Positions 18,389 through 28,683 of a DNA stretch of 64,000 nucleotides are shown here, one piece after another. Position 1 is the stretch's first letter; each line of letters opens with the position of its first letter. The DNA is from an uncultured Bacilli bacterium (GTDB lineage Bacteria > Bacillota_I > Bacilli_A > RF39 > UBA660). Below the pieces are notes generated by a model. That model saw only the letters and a list, made by a program, of their open reading frames with translations. It searched no databases and was not told the origin of the DNA. The translations under genes and the position numbers were made by a program. The DNA lies in the NCBI GenBank assembly GCA_934177995.1, contig CAKPPW010000001.1, positions 11,378-75,377 on the forward strand, given 5' to 3'.

Positions 18389-19711
18389 ATGCAGTTAGAA
18401 GATACCATTAAACAATTAATGATTGGTAAAAATTATGATGAAAAACTAATTGAGAATACTATAGAATTGTTACCGGAAATGATAAGTATTTTTGGCAAAG
18501 AAAAAACAGTCAAGTTTTTTGAAGAATATAATTTTGTACCAAGAAATAGAATAGGAAAGAACAGTGGTGCAACATATAAAGAAGAAAAGAAAATTGAATT
18601 TGATTGGTCTTGTAAAAGTAAACATGAAGCATTAAACTTGTTAATACATGAAGCTGGTCATGCAATTGGTTAATTAGAAACAGAAAAAAATCATTTTTTA
18701 ATGGAAGGGTATAAATATCGGGAGTCTTTCTTAAATAAAATAGAAGAGGCTGTAGTTAGTAAAAGACAAGATGAATTAGAATATGGTGATACGAATTATA
18801 CATATGTGACTATAAATAATAGAGAAAACGGGGAAGAGTTTCATCTTAATGATTTTAAAACTCAACCTTCAGGTAAATATACGATAAATAAAGTTTTTTA
18901 TCAAAACTTAATGATGATATTAGGTAAAAATAGATATTTAATTGATACATTAATGTATGCAGATAATATTGATAGCAAAAATGATATTTTAAATAGAATA
19001 ATAGAGATAACAGAAAATACCTTAAATGAAAAAGAATTAACTGCTCTTAAAGATTGTATTAACGTATTTACATTAAATTATTCATATCATGAAGATAAAA
19101 CAACTGTTGAAGACTATTTAAAAAATAAGAAAAAATTTGATGAACAACTTAGTGAGGAAGAATATAAAAATCTTTTAGTTGAAAATTTTCCTAAAAATAC
19201 AAAGTATGCAATAGAAAGGCATTTACTATCAAAAAATATATATGAATCAGTAGACGAATTGTGTGGAATTACCCTAGATGTTATTATAAGAAATTTTTCT
19301 GATAATGAACACAATGATTTTGATAACATAAAGGATACTTGTGAATACTTTTCTAAAATTTATAATACAAGTGACCAAAATTTTGAAAAAACAGAAATTC
19401 TTAAAGAATTATTTATAGAAAACGTAGTAAAAATTAATCCAACTATATACTATGATTTTATTGATGTATTTAGTAAAATTATAGCATCTAATGATTTTAA
19501 ACAAGAGTATTTAGATAAAATGATTTATGATAAAGAAAAAGAAATAATTTCTATTGATGAATTAAGCAATTTTGCTATTAACAAAGAACCAATATATTCT
19601 GATGATGTAATTGTATTTGGTGGTCAAGTGTTTGGAAATGTTAAACCAATAGGTTATGAATTAAAATTATCATCAGTTAATAAGTCTGATTTGCAAGAGA
19701 AAAAATACTAA
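18389..19711 (+). pseudogene. HExxH-motif protein interrupted by a single in-frame TAA (18671-18673)
   Basis: ORFs 18389-18673 and 18701-19711 share one frame (312 nt apart) and are separated by a single stop directly after ...LLIHEAGHAIG. Confidence 0.4.
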
Positions 19712-19783
19712 TATTGATAATTAATTATTATTTTGAAACAAATATATGTTTTATAATATAAATATATATAAGGAGTTAACAAA

Positions 19784-20101
19784 ATGAAAATTTTATCTGA
19801 AAAACTAATAGATGCTGGTTGTGGAAAAAAATATGATGAAGGATATAGAATTGTATATTTTGAAAAAGATAATAGGTATTCGCTTGGTGCTTATTGTAAA
19901 ACAATAGAAGGATTTATGATTGGCTTTGCTGATTGTAATCCAATTATTGATGAGGATGATATCCCTTCTTTTACTTCTGTAGATGATATTTTGAATAGGT
20001 CTTTAAATTTATGTGATGATGTCATTCGAGTATCAATTTACAAGACAGATGGAACGTTAATTGCTACAAAAGAAAGAAAAAATTTAAATAAATCTAAGTA
20101 A
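19784..20101 (+). CDS. hypothetical small protein
   Basis: 105 aa; no recognisable domain. Confidence 0.3.
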   Translation: MKILSEKLIDAGCGKKYDEGYRIVYFEKDNRYSLGAYCKTIEGFMIGFADCNPIIDEDDIPSFTSVDDILNRSLNLCDDVIRVSIYKTDGTLIATKERKNLNKSK

Positions 20102-20178
20102 AGTTACTTATTTAATTATCCTGTTATTATTGTGATTAAAATTGTCTAGTAAACATAAAATTTACTAGGTGTTTTTAT

Positions 20179-20844
20179 ATGTTTATTAGAAAATATAAGA
20201 GTTTAATGTTAATACTTTTTTTAACCTTATTAATATCACTTCAATTAGTGGATGCTAAAATGAATAATATATTACCACTGGAAGGAAAAATAATTACAAT
20301 TGATCCCGGGCATGGTGGTCGAGATAGTGGGACTATATCTGGTAAACTTATGGAAAAGGATTTAAATCTAGAGATATCTTATCAATTAAAAAAAGTATTA
20401 GAGGAAAATGGGGCAACTGTTTATATGACTAGGATGGTTGATGAAGATTTATCTAGTAAGTGGGATGCTAGAAAGAAAAGAGGAGACTTATATAGAAGAA
20501 TATTATTTATTCAAAATAAAAAGAGTGATTTATATCTTTCTATTCACATAAATGCAGGAAATGGTAGAGGACAAGAGGTTTTATATCATTCGATAAATAA
20601 GAATAATCTCTTATTAGCAGAAAGCATTCATAATGAATTTAAAAAAGAGTTTAAGACTAAGAGGATTATTAAGAAGACTAATCTTTATTTATATTCTAAT
20701 ACTAGAGTACCTGGTGTTTTAATAGAGTGTGGTTTCTTGTCTAATCCAAATGATAGATATTTATTGCAAAGAGAAGATTATCAAAAAAGACTAGCTTTAA
20801 GTATAACTAGAGGTGTTTATGAGTACTTTCAAAAAGAATTATAG
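20179..20844 (+). CDS. N-acetylmuramoyl-L-alanine amidase, CwlD-like (Amidase_3)
   Basis: Signal peptide. IDPGHGGRDSGT, SIHINAG and ECGFLSNPNDRYLL motifs of MurNAc-LAA / CwlD. Confidence 0.7.
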   Translation: MFIRKYKSLMLILFLTLLISLQLVDAKMNNILPLEGKIITIDPGHGGRDSGTISGKLMEKDLNLEISYQLKKVLEENGATVYMTRMVDEDLSSKWDARKKRGDLYRRILFIQNKKSDLYLSIHINAGNGRGQEVLYHSINKNNLLLAESIHNEFKKEFKTKRIIKKTNLYLYSNTRVPGVLIECGFLSNPNDRYLLQREDYQKRLALSITRGVYEYFQKEL

Positions 20845-20867
20845 AAATAATTTAAAATAAGTGTTGA

Positions 20868-20881
20868 CGAACATATGTTTT
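20868..20881 (+). promoter_or_regulatory. Cheo-type LexA (SOS) box upstream of the dinD-like gene
   Basis: CGAACATATGTTTT matches the CGAAC-N4-GTTCG consensus except in the last positions. It overlaps a TTGACG ... TATAAT promoter-like region. Confidence 0.4.
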
Positions 20882-20918
20882 TATAATATTATATATTTAA
20901 AATTTTTGGAGGTGGAAC

Positions 20919-21737
20919 ATGAATCAAATAAATGAATACAGTGAAACAATTTTTGAAAGGATTAAACATACTAATGAATATGATAAGGAATATTGGTATG
21001 CCAGAGAATTACAAGTAGCTCTACATTATAAGGAATGGAGAAAATTTTCTGGTGTTATAGAAAAAGCAAAAACTGCTTGTGACAATAGTGATATTAATAC
21101 ACATGACCATTTTGTCGGGGTCGACAAAATGGTAGATATAGGTTCTCGTGCACAGAGAAAACAAAATGATTATAAACTATCTAGATATGCTTGTTATTTA
21201 ATTGTTCAGAATGCTGATTCTAGAAAACAGGTAGTTGCTTCAGGACAAACATATTTTGCAGTGCAAACTAGAAAACAAGAGTTAACAGAAAAAGAATATG
21301 ATAATTTAACTGAAGATGAGAAAAGATTTTATCAAAGAGGTTTAACTAGAAGAGGTAATTATTCTTTAAATCAAACTGCTAAAAACTGTGGTGTTAAAAA
21401 CTTTGATAAATTTCATAATGCTGGATATAGGGGGTTGTATAATGGTGAAACTGCTGATGATATTGCTAAAAGAAAAAAATTAAGATATAGAGAAGATATT
21501 TTGGATAATATGGGCAGTGAAGAGTTAATAGCTAATCTTTTTAGAATTAGTCAGACAGAAGCAAAACTAAAAAAAGATAATATATCTAGTGAACGAGCAG
21601 CTAATGAAACACATTATAATATTGGAAAAAATATTAGAGAGGTTATTGCTAAAAATGGTGGAACTATGCCAGAAAAATTGCCAACTCCTAAGAGGTCATT
21701 AAAAGATTTAGAGAGAGATAAGAAGCAACTAAAATAA
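20919..21737 (+). CDS. DNA damage-inducible protein D (DinD) family protein
   Basis: N-terminal region (...EYWYARELQVALHYKEWRKFSGVIEKAKTACDNS...HFV...KMVDIGS) resembles E. coli DinD. A putative SOS box lies upstream. Confidence 0.5.
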   Translation: MNQINEYSETIFERIKHTNEYDKEYWYARELQVALHYKEWRKFSGVIEKAKTACDNSDINTHDHFVGVDKMVDIGSRAQRKQNDYKLSRYACYLIVQNADSRKQVVASGQTYFAVQTRKQELTEKEYDNLTEDEKRFYQRGLTRRGNYSLNQTAKNCGVKNFDKFHNAGYRGLYNGETADDIAKRKKLRYREDILDNMGSEELIANLFRISQTEAKLKKDNISSERAANETHYNIGKNIREVIAKNGGTMPEKLPTPKRSLKDLERDKKQLK

Positions 21738-21745
21738 AAAAGAAT

Positions 21746-22762
21746 CTATATTTTAGACTCTTCCTTAGTATATAATACTACATTTTGAAAATAGTATCCT
21801 AATATTTGTTTATAGTTACAATCAAGTTTAGCTAGAGCGTTTGCACCAACGATACTTAATCCATAACCATTACCAATTCCTCTAGTAATAAAAGTAAATC
21901 CTTGTTTTAAGACAAGAATAGTAATATCAGCAGAAGGTAAATCTAGTCTAGTCATTAAATCAAGTGAATTGAAAATCTTATCATTTACTTGTAATTTTAA
22001 AATTCTATTACTAGGACTTAACTGTTTAATTTCAATATTAATATTATTATCTTTGATATTTAATCTTTTTCTTAATTCTTCTACTGAAAAGTATTTTTGA
22101 TTCATATAATTAGGATATGCTAAGTCCCAAAGACTTTCTGTTTGTTTTAGATAAGGGATATTACTATTAGTCTCTGTATAACCATTACTTACTAAGTGAA
22201 TGTAGGCTTCTATTGGTTCTTTGTTATACACTAGATATTCTCCGTCAGTAGCTTTTATTACCTTTTTAAATAATGTCTCATACATCTTGTAAGTGTTTGG
22301 ATAAAGTAATTTGTAATAATTTAAATTAACATAAGAAAAGTGATGATTATCTTTAGATATCTTTTCCTTATTCTTATACTTTTTAATCAGTTCACTACGA
22401 TAGAGGATAGTTATAGCTTTTAAAGCTTCTTCTTCTAAGAAAATAGTAATGTTACTAAACAAGATGCTTAAAAGTAGTTTATCTAAAGATATTTTATCAT
22501 CGGTATCAAGAGTTAGAATAATATCTTTGTCAGACATAATTTTATCATTATCATTTAATAATACTACTTTAGTAGGAATACCATCTACAAAGATAACTAC
22601 TTTATTGCCATTAAATTGAATTCTTTGATTAATTAACCAATTTTTATCTAAATTGTCTAGATTGTAATCATCTAAATCTTTAGCAAATTCATAATTCATA
22701 GATAAGTATAAATATAAAACATCTTCATTCTTTTCCTTTACTACCTTGTATTTTTCTAGCAT
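21746..22762 (-). CDS. SpoIID/LytB-domain protein
   Basis: C-terminal half carries SNGYTETNSNIPYL and GNGYGLS motifs resembling the SpoIID family's SSGG.TE...PYL signature. Confidence 0.45.
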   Translation of the reverse strand: MLEKYKVVKEKNEDVLYLYLSMNYEFAKDLDDYNLDNLDKNWLINQRIQFNGNKVVIFVDGIPTKVVLLNDNDKIMSDKDIILTLDTDDKISLDKLLLSILFSNITIFLEEEALKAITILYRSELIKKYKNKEKISKDNHHFSYVNLNYYKLLYPNTYKMYETLFKKVIKATDGEYLVYNKEPIEAYIHLVSNGYTETNSNIPYLKQTESLWDLAYPNYMNQKYFSVEELRKRLNIKDNNINIEIKQLSPSNRILKLQVNDKIFNSLDLMTRLDLPSADITILVLKQGFTFITRGIGNGYGLSIVGANALAKLDCNYKQILGYYFQNVVLYTKEESKI

Positions 22763-22808
22763 TATATCACCTAGTAGATAGTATTTCTAAAAATTATCTA
22801 TTTATACT

Positions 22809-23789
22809 CTAAAATTCAAAATATTTTAATTCATAATCTTTGTCACAGTCTTTACCAGTTTTATAAGATAGATTTTTAAATACCTTGTTTAAGTCTACTT
22901 TCTTAGTATCTTTTATATAGTAGTTAACTTTCTTTATAATACTTAAAGCTTCTTCTAGTGCTTTATCATACAATTCGTCAAAACTATCTTCATGTTTTTT
23001 TCTTTTTAGACAAGGATGATTCCATTTAGTATGATCATTATTTAAATAATTTCTTTTATCTGTTAGAGATACATGATAAGAGATAGTTGAGAAGGGAAAC
23101 ATTGTCTTAGGTGTTATCTTTTCACAAACAGTATAAACACATTTTTTAATACCTGTTTTATCATATCTAAAATATTTAAGAGCGAAATGCATATCCTTTA
23201 AAGCTTGCTTGTAGAATTTACTCATTTCAGTTATACCAAATGTTTCTTTGAAGGCATAGTCAATTACTTCCTCAAGTTCTTTAGAAAAAAATGTAAAATC
23301 AAAACAAAAATCATAGAAAGGAAAAGAGTAAACCTTACCTTTTTCCCGTTTACTTATTAGATAATTATCAATAAATACCTCCATATTGTGATGTAATCCC
23401 TTATACTTATAAGTTTCTTTATCACCTTTTATAAATTCACCAGTCTTATAAAAAACATAAGGATGAATAGTACTATCTAAGACATAGTGGGAGATGAAAC
23501 CATAAAGATAGGCCATCACATCAGGAACTTGATAGTAATCATTATATCTTATATAGTTAACTAAATTTATAAAAAACTCCCTAGTTTTATTAGTGTGAAA
23601 ATAAAGAGCAAAGTCTTGTTGTTTCTTGCCATTTTTTAAAGAAATTTTATGATAAAAAAAGAAAGGGTCCATTCCTTGAGCGAACATTCTAATACTTTTT
23701 TTCTCATCCATTAATAATTCTTTTAGGCCAATAGGTAAATTGTTGTAAACGTCCATACCAAAATAAGCATGAGTAACTGTTGCCGGCAT
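22809..23789 (-). CDS. zinc-dependent phospholipase C-like family protein (hypothetical)
   Basis: N-terminus MPATVTHAYFGMDVY and several His are typical of proteins annotated as 'zinc dependent phospholipase C family' in Firmicutes. Confidence 0.35.
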   Translation of the reverse strand: MPATVTHAYFGMDVYNNLPIGLKELLMDEKKSIRMFAQGMDPFFFYHKISLKNGKKQQDFALYFHTNKTREFFINLVNYIRYNDYYQVPDVMAYLYGFISHYVLDSTIHPYVFYKTGEFIKGDKETYKYKGLHHNMEVFIDNYLISKREKGKVYSFPFYDFCFDFTFFSKELEEVIDYAFKETFGITEMSKFYKQALKDMHFALKYFRYDKTGIKKCVYTVCEKITPKTMFPFSTISYHVSLTDKRNYLNNDHTKWNHPCLKRKKHEDSFDELYDKALEEALSIIKKVNYYIKDTKKVDLNKVFKNLSYKTGKDCDKDYELKYFEF

Positions 23790-23890
23790 CTTTTACCACA
23801 TCCTTTACAAAAGTATATCATATATTTTCATCAAAAATTCATATTTTTTTAAGTAGTTATGTGGTATAATTACCCTAGGTAGGTGGAAAG

Positions 23891-24847
23891 ATGATAGAAA
23901 AACAGTTTAAAAACCTAGAAGAACAAATTGAAATAATGAAATATAAAGGACTTACTATCGATGATCCAGACTTTGCTAAGAGGGTATTACTTAGAGAAAA
24001 TTATTTCTTCTTAAATGGTTATCGTTATCCTTTGATGAAAAGTATGAAAGATAAAAGATTTTTAGAAGGGGCTACCTTTGAGGAATTATATAGTATCTTT
24101 TTGTTTGATCGTGGAATTAGAAATGTTTTCTTTAAGAATTTACTTATCATTGAAAATAATCTAAAATCAATTTTTTCCTATCAGTTATCTAAACGATATG
24201 GTTATAGAGAAAAAGATTATTTGAAAGCTAAGAATTTTACTCAAGATAAAACTAAATCAAGACAGGTTAATGATTTAATTCATAAGATGAAAAGGCAGAT
24301 AAGAGTTAATGGTAGAGAGCATACTGCTACTAGTCATTATATGATGAATTATGGTTATGTACCTTTGTGGATATTAGTAAAAGTTTTATCCTTTGGTATA
24401 GTTGGAGAATTATTTTCTATTTTAAAGTATGAAGATCAAAAGAAGATTTGTGATATCTATCATTTAAATGTTTCTACGATGCTAACTTATCTACCAATAT
24501 TATCTAACTATCGTAATTTATGTGCTCATGAAGATATCCTATATGAGAATAGAACACAAAAAGTCATACCTAATACCATTTATCATAAACTTTTAAATAT
24601 AGAAGAAGATGATGAAGGTTATGTTCAAGGTAAAAATGATGTCTTTGCATTAGTAATTATCATGAAAGATATGCTAAGTGAAGAAGAATTTAAAAATATG
24701 ATGTTAGAATTAGAAAGAGAGATAAATAATTTATCTTATAACCTACATACAATTAAAGTAGAGGATGTTTTAAAACGAATGGGCTTTCCTACTAACTTTG
24801 AACAAATTGAAAAAATTGAAAGGAGTTATGAATTAGATGAAAATTGA
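23891..24847 (+). CDS. Abi_2-family (AbiD/AbiF-like) abortive-infection protein
   Basis: N-terminus ...LEEQIEIMKYKGLTIDDPDFAKRVLLRENYFFLNGYRYPL... is the Abi_2 signature. Confidence 0.6.
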   Translation: MIEKQFKNLEEQIEIMKYKGLTIDDPDFAKRVLLRENYFFLNGYRYPLMKSMKDKRFLEGATFEELYSIFLFDRGIRNVFFKNLLIIENNLKSIFSYQLSKRYGYREKDYLKAKNFTQDKTKSRQVNDLIHKMKRQIRVNGREHTATSHYMMNYGYVPLWILVKVLSFGIVGELFSILKYEDQKKICDIYHLNVSTMLTYLPILSNYRNLCAHEDILYENRTQKVIPNTIYHKLLNIEEDDEGYVQGKNDVFALVIIMKDMLSEEEFKNMMLELEREINNLSYNLHTIKVEDVLKRMGFPTNFEQIEKIERSYELDEN

Positions 24848-25970
24848 TAAACTTAAAGATAGTATTTTAATAATAGTAGCTTTTATTTTAGGAGGAGTTT
24901 TAACTTATGTAGTAGTAAATGGTAACTTAACTACTTCTTCTAAAGGAACTACTAGTAGTGGAGGTGCTACTTGTAGTAGTAAAAACTGTACTAAAGTATT
25001 AGTAGATGGTTCAGGAATTAGTCAATCAGTATCTAAAGTATATGATGGTGTTGTTATTGTTAGAAATTATCAAAATAATGAATTAGCTGGATTTGGTACG
25101 GGTTTTGTCTATAAAGAAGATGATAAATATGATTATCTTATAACTAATCATCATGTAATTGATGGTAATAATAAAGTAACAGTAGTAACTAGTAAAGAAG
25201 AAGAGTTGGATGCTGAAGTATTAGGTAGTGATAGCTATGTTGATATTGCAGTAATTAGAATTAAAAAGAATAAAGATTTAACAGTATTATCTATTGGTAC
25301 TAGTGAAAATAGTAAACTAGGAGATTTAGTATTTACTATTGGTACACCTGTTAGTAATGAATATCAAGGTAGTGTTTCTACTGGTCATTTAGCCGGAAAA
25401 GATAGAATGGTAACTGTTAGTACAAGTAGTAATGGTTATGGAACTAGTTCTGGTGATTGGGTTATGAAAGTTTTGCAAACAGATGCTTCAATTAACCCAG
25501 GAAATAGTGGTGGACCACTTATGAATTCTAATGGAGAAGTAATTGGTGTTATTTCTATGAAATTAGTTAAAGAAGAAATAGAAGGTATGGGATTTGCTAT
25601 TCCAATTGAGTATGCTATGTCTAAGATTGAAACTCTAGAAAAAGGAGAAGAAATTAAATGGCCTCAATTAGGAGTACAAATGGTAAACGTATCTGATGTT
25701 AAACAATCTCGTTTTGGTAGCAATTATAATATTCCAAATGATGTTAAAACTGGAGTAGTAGTAGCAGGAATAGTAAGTGGTACTGGTGCTTCTAAATCAG
25801 ATTTAAAAGAAGGAGATATTATTACTAAACTTAATGGAGAAGAAGTAGAAAATGCGGCATATCTTCGTTATGAATTATATAAATATGCTCCAGGAGATAC
25901 AATTACACTTACTTACTTACGTGATGGTAAAGAACATGAAACTAAAGCAGTATTATCAAAAAGTGAATAA
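24837..25970 (+). CDS. htrA: HtrA/DegP-family serine protease with PDZ domain
   Basis: N-terminal TM. Catalytic-triad context HHVIDG, D..AVIRI and NPGNSGGPL, with a C-terminal PDZ. Start overlaps the Abi_2 stop by 11 nt. Confidence 0.8.
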   Translation: MKIDKLKDSILIIVAFILGGVLTYVVVNGNLTTSSKGTTSSGGATCSSKNCTKVLVDGSGISQSVSKVYDGVVIVRNYQNNELAGFGTGFVYKEDDKYDYLITNHHVIDGNNKVTVVTSKEEELDAEVLGSDSYVDIAVIRIKKNKDLTVLSIGTSENSKLGDLVFTIGTPVSNEYQGSVSTGHLAGKDRMVTVSTSSNGYGTSSGDWVMKVLQTDASINPGNSGGPLMNSNGEVIGVISMKLVKEEIEGMGFAIPIEYAMSKIETLEKGEEIKWPQLGVQMVNVSDVKQSRFGSNYNIPNDVKTGVVVAGIVSGTGASKSDLKEGDIITKLNGEEVENAAYLRYELYKYAPGDTITLTYLRDGKEHETKAVLSKSE

Positions 25971-25984
25971 GAGGAGAGGTTATT

Positions 25985-26725
25985 ATGAGAAAAGTTGTAC
26001 CTTTAGAAAAGCAAGTGGAAAGTGAAAAAAGTATAAAACTATTAGAAGATGCTTGTCAAAATGTAAACAATCATTTATCAGAGCTTGATGAAATTGATTA
26101 TCAAGATATTACTGAATTATGTCTTTATCTATTAACTGGTCATAGAAGAAAAGAAATAAACTCTAATATTTTTAAAATAATTTATCTATATATTAAAGAA
26201 AATATGGGACAGATGAATATTACATTTTCTAAAGATAATACTATCAGTAAAATAGAAATAGGGAAAATTAAGATGGGAAGTTTAGGCTTTAAAGATTTTT
26301 CTGAGGAAGAAAAGGAAAAAAGACTTGAGAAAAAAGTTAATTGTTGTGGAATTTATCCAACGATGGATAGAAAAGAAAGGATGTTTTTAACTTTAGAAGA
26401 TAAACTTATTATGGGAAATCAAGCAACTATCAAACAAACTGATTATAATAATATTTTTATAGGTCCATACTATTTTAATAGAGATACTATTTCCCCTGAT
26501 AGAGCCTCATTAACAAAATTAGAACTAATATCTGATAAATCTATTGAAGAAGATATATATGAATTTGATGACTCTGGTGAAAAAGAACTATATCAAGGAA
26601 TTATATCACTAGAAAAACATAAAGATGGTGAGTATTTCATTAAATCTTCAATAGATAGAAAGGAACTTTTTGCAAATAAGTATGGAATAAGACCTTCTAA
26701 TACCTCTTCACTTAGAGTAAAGTAA
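25985..26725 (+). CDS. hypothetical protein
   Basis: 246 aa lying 14 nt downstream of htrA; no domain recognised. Confidence 0.35.
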   Translation: MRKVVPLEKQVESEKSIKLLEDACQNVNNHLSELDEIDYQDITELCLYLLTGHRRKEINSNIFKIIYLYIKENMGQMNITFSKDNTISKIEIGKIKMGSLGFKDFSEEEKEKRLEKKVNCCGIYPTMDRKERMFLTLEDKLIMGNQATIKQTDYNNIFIGPYYFNRDTISPDRASLTKLELISDKSIEEDIYEFDDSGEKELYQGIISLEKHKDGEYFIKSSIDRKELFANKYGIRPSNTSSLRVK

Positions 26726-26730
26726 AAGAA

Positions 26731-28683
26731 CTACTTGATTGGTAGCTCTTTTCTTTTGGCGTTAAAACATCCTATATTGTTATCTTTTAGAGATTGATAT
26801 TTATTTAATAGTTGTTTTTCATCTTTAGCTACTATTTCCAAAGAAGAACCTCCTAATAAATACTTTTGTAAACTAGCTTGCTTTAAATCACTTATAGGAA
26901 GAGTAATACCTTCTGAATATTTATCCTTGTTAGTAACATCTTTTATTTTACCAAATATAGCAGCATCTTGCTTTTTAAACTCTGTTTCTATGTTGTTATC
27001 ATTATAAGTAGTTAAAACAAAGTTCAGATTATTTTGTTCACTATAATTGTCTATCTTTTTTTGCATGAACTTTAAAATATCTTTAGCAAGATTGTAAGTT
27101 ATTTCTTCATCCTTATTTCCTGTTAAAGTATAAATTGCTTCTGATAGACCAACTATATGAAAAGCTAGGGTACCATGCTTTAATAATTTTCTTAATCTAT
27201 CCTTATCCTTTAACTTTTCTCCATCGTGCCAAGTACCTAACTGATATAAAGTTGGAAAGTGGAGAATAGTTTTATCTACTTGTAGCTCAAATCTCTCCAA
27301 AAGGGCATCTTTGGCTTGTTTCAATACTTTTTCTAGTTCTTGATAGAATAATCTATAATCAGTTTCTTTTGTCTTTATATTCATACTTTTAAGGGCTATT
27401 CTAACTAGATTAATAGATATACAAGATATATTACCTTTACCACCAATAATTTTTTTATCAATAGTAGTATTATCTTCTATAACCCTTAGAGAATTGTAAC
27501 CATAATTAACATTTTCTTTAATAGCTTTATTAAAAGAAGCATCTTTATTAATAAAATATAGATTAGAGTAGTTAAGCATAGTAGTAGCAATCTCTTCAGT
27601 CATTTCTCCTTGATAGTAATATTCTATATATTTATTATTTACTAGTGATTTTATTATTAAATCCTTAGTAGAATTATTAGTTCCAAAATTTATTGCTAAG
27701 GGAAAAGATATAGTCTTAAAGAAATTTTTTAAAGAAATGGTAAAGTTTTTCTCACACTTTAGTTTAGCTTTCTTAATAATGGTAGAAAATGCTAAATATA
27801 AAGGTGTATCATTATCTATGGCAAAGTAGGCAGGGGTTATATCAAATGATGTTATGTTATCAATACCTGTTATAGTTAGATAATTAGCTAAATAATTAGC
27901 ATCTAAATATATATCAATATATTCCTTTAAGATTGATTTAAATTCTTTAAGTATGACATTTTCTAAGACTAAGTCAAAATTAATTAATGAGATACTTTGA
28001 TATACTTCTTTACTAAGACTATCTAGATATAATTTGATTCTATTTAGATAGGTATTAATTTTGTCTATAGAATTTAACTCTTTGGCAAAATCAGTATCAA
28101 GGCTAGCAAGTTCAATAAGGTCTACATCACAGGTTGCTATCATACCAAATGGTATAGTTTCTATTGAATGAAGATTAAATATTCCAGCATCTTGGCATCT
28201 TACTGTTTTAGTATCTAGTAAATAAGCTTTAGCAAACTCTGATGAGATAGTTTCTCCAAACTGTAATAGAAATGAATTAGGACGTTCCTTTAAGTTGTCA
28301 TCAATATTATCTAGACCAAGTCTTTCAATAGCTTTTAAAAACTTATGTTGTTGTTTCATAACAAAAGCAGATCTTGAAGCATTTCTATGTTCTCTATAGG
28401 TAGAAAAGGCAAGATAAACATCTTCAAAGTTATTCTCTTTTAACACCTCTTCAATTAAATCTTGAATATTTTCAATATTTATTGTTTTTCTATCTTTATA
28501 TTCTTTCTCTATCTTCTTAAGTACCTTAGAATATACTTTATTAACATCTTCATCTTTATAGGGTATATCTAGTGAATGGAAAGCTTTTTGAATAGCAAGA
28601 GCTATTTTTTCACCTTGAAAACTAGTTCTTTGACCACTTCTTTTGACAACTGTTAATGTGTCAAATGTTGACATATTTATCAT
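26731..28683 (-). CDS. ATP-cone protein, divergent NrdD-like paralog lacking the glycyl-radical/Zn-ribbon tail
   Basis: N-terminus LTVVKRSGQRTSFQGEKIALAIQKA is an ATP-cone. Internal ATCDVDL aligns with NCCLCDVGA of the adjacent NrdD. The C-terminal region aligns with NrdD (F..K....I.G..D..Y.S.....LP.S....Q....K...GG....I). The protein ends without a CxxC...CxxC Zn-ribbon or RxxGY motif. Confidence 0.45.
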   Translation of the reverse strand: MINMSTFDTLTVVKRSGQRTSFQGEKIALAIQKAFHSLDIPYKDEDVNKVYSKVLKKIEKEYKDRKTINIENIQDLIEEVLKENNFEDVYLAFSTYREHRNASRSAFVMKQQHKFLKAIERLGLDNIDDNLKERPNSFLLQFGETISSEFAKAYLLDTKTVRCQDAGIFNLHSIETIPFGMIATCDVDLIELASLDTDFAKELNSIDKINTYLNRIKLYLDSLSKEVYQSISLINFDLVLENVILKEFKSILKEYIDIYLDANYLANYLTITGIDNITSFDITPAYFAIDNDTPLYLAFSTIIKKAKLKCEKNFTISLKNFFKTISFPLAINFGTNNSTKDLIIKSLVNNKYIEYYYQGEMTEEIATTMLNYSNLYFINKDASFNKAIKENVNYGYNSLRVIEDNTTIDKKIIGGKGNISCISINLVRIALKSMNIKTKETDYRLFYQELEKVLKQAKDALLERFELQVDKTILHFPTLYQLGTWHDGEKLKDKDRLRKLLKHGTLAFHIVGLSEAIYTLTGNKDEEITYNLAKDILKFMQKKIDNYSEQNNLNFVLTTYNDNNIETEFKKQDAAIFGKIKDVTNKDKYSEGITLPISDLKQASLQKYLLGGSSLEIVAKDEKQLLNKYQSLKDNNIGCFNAKRKELPIK

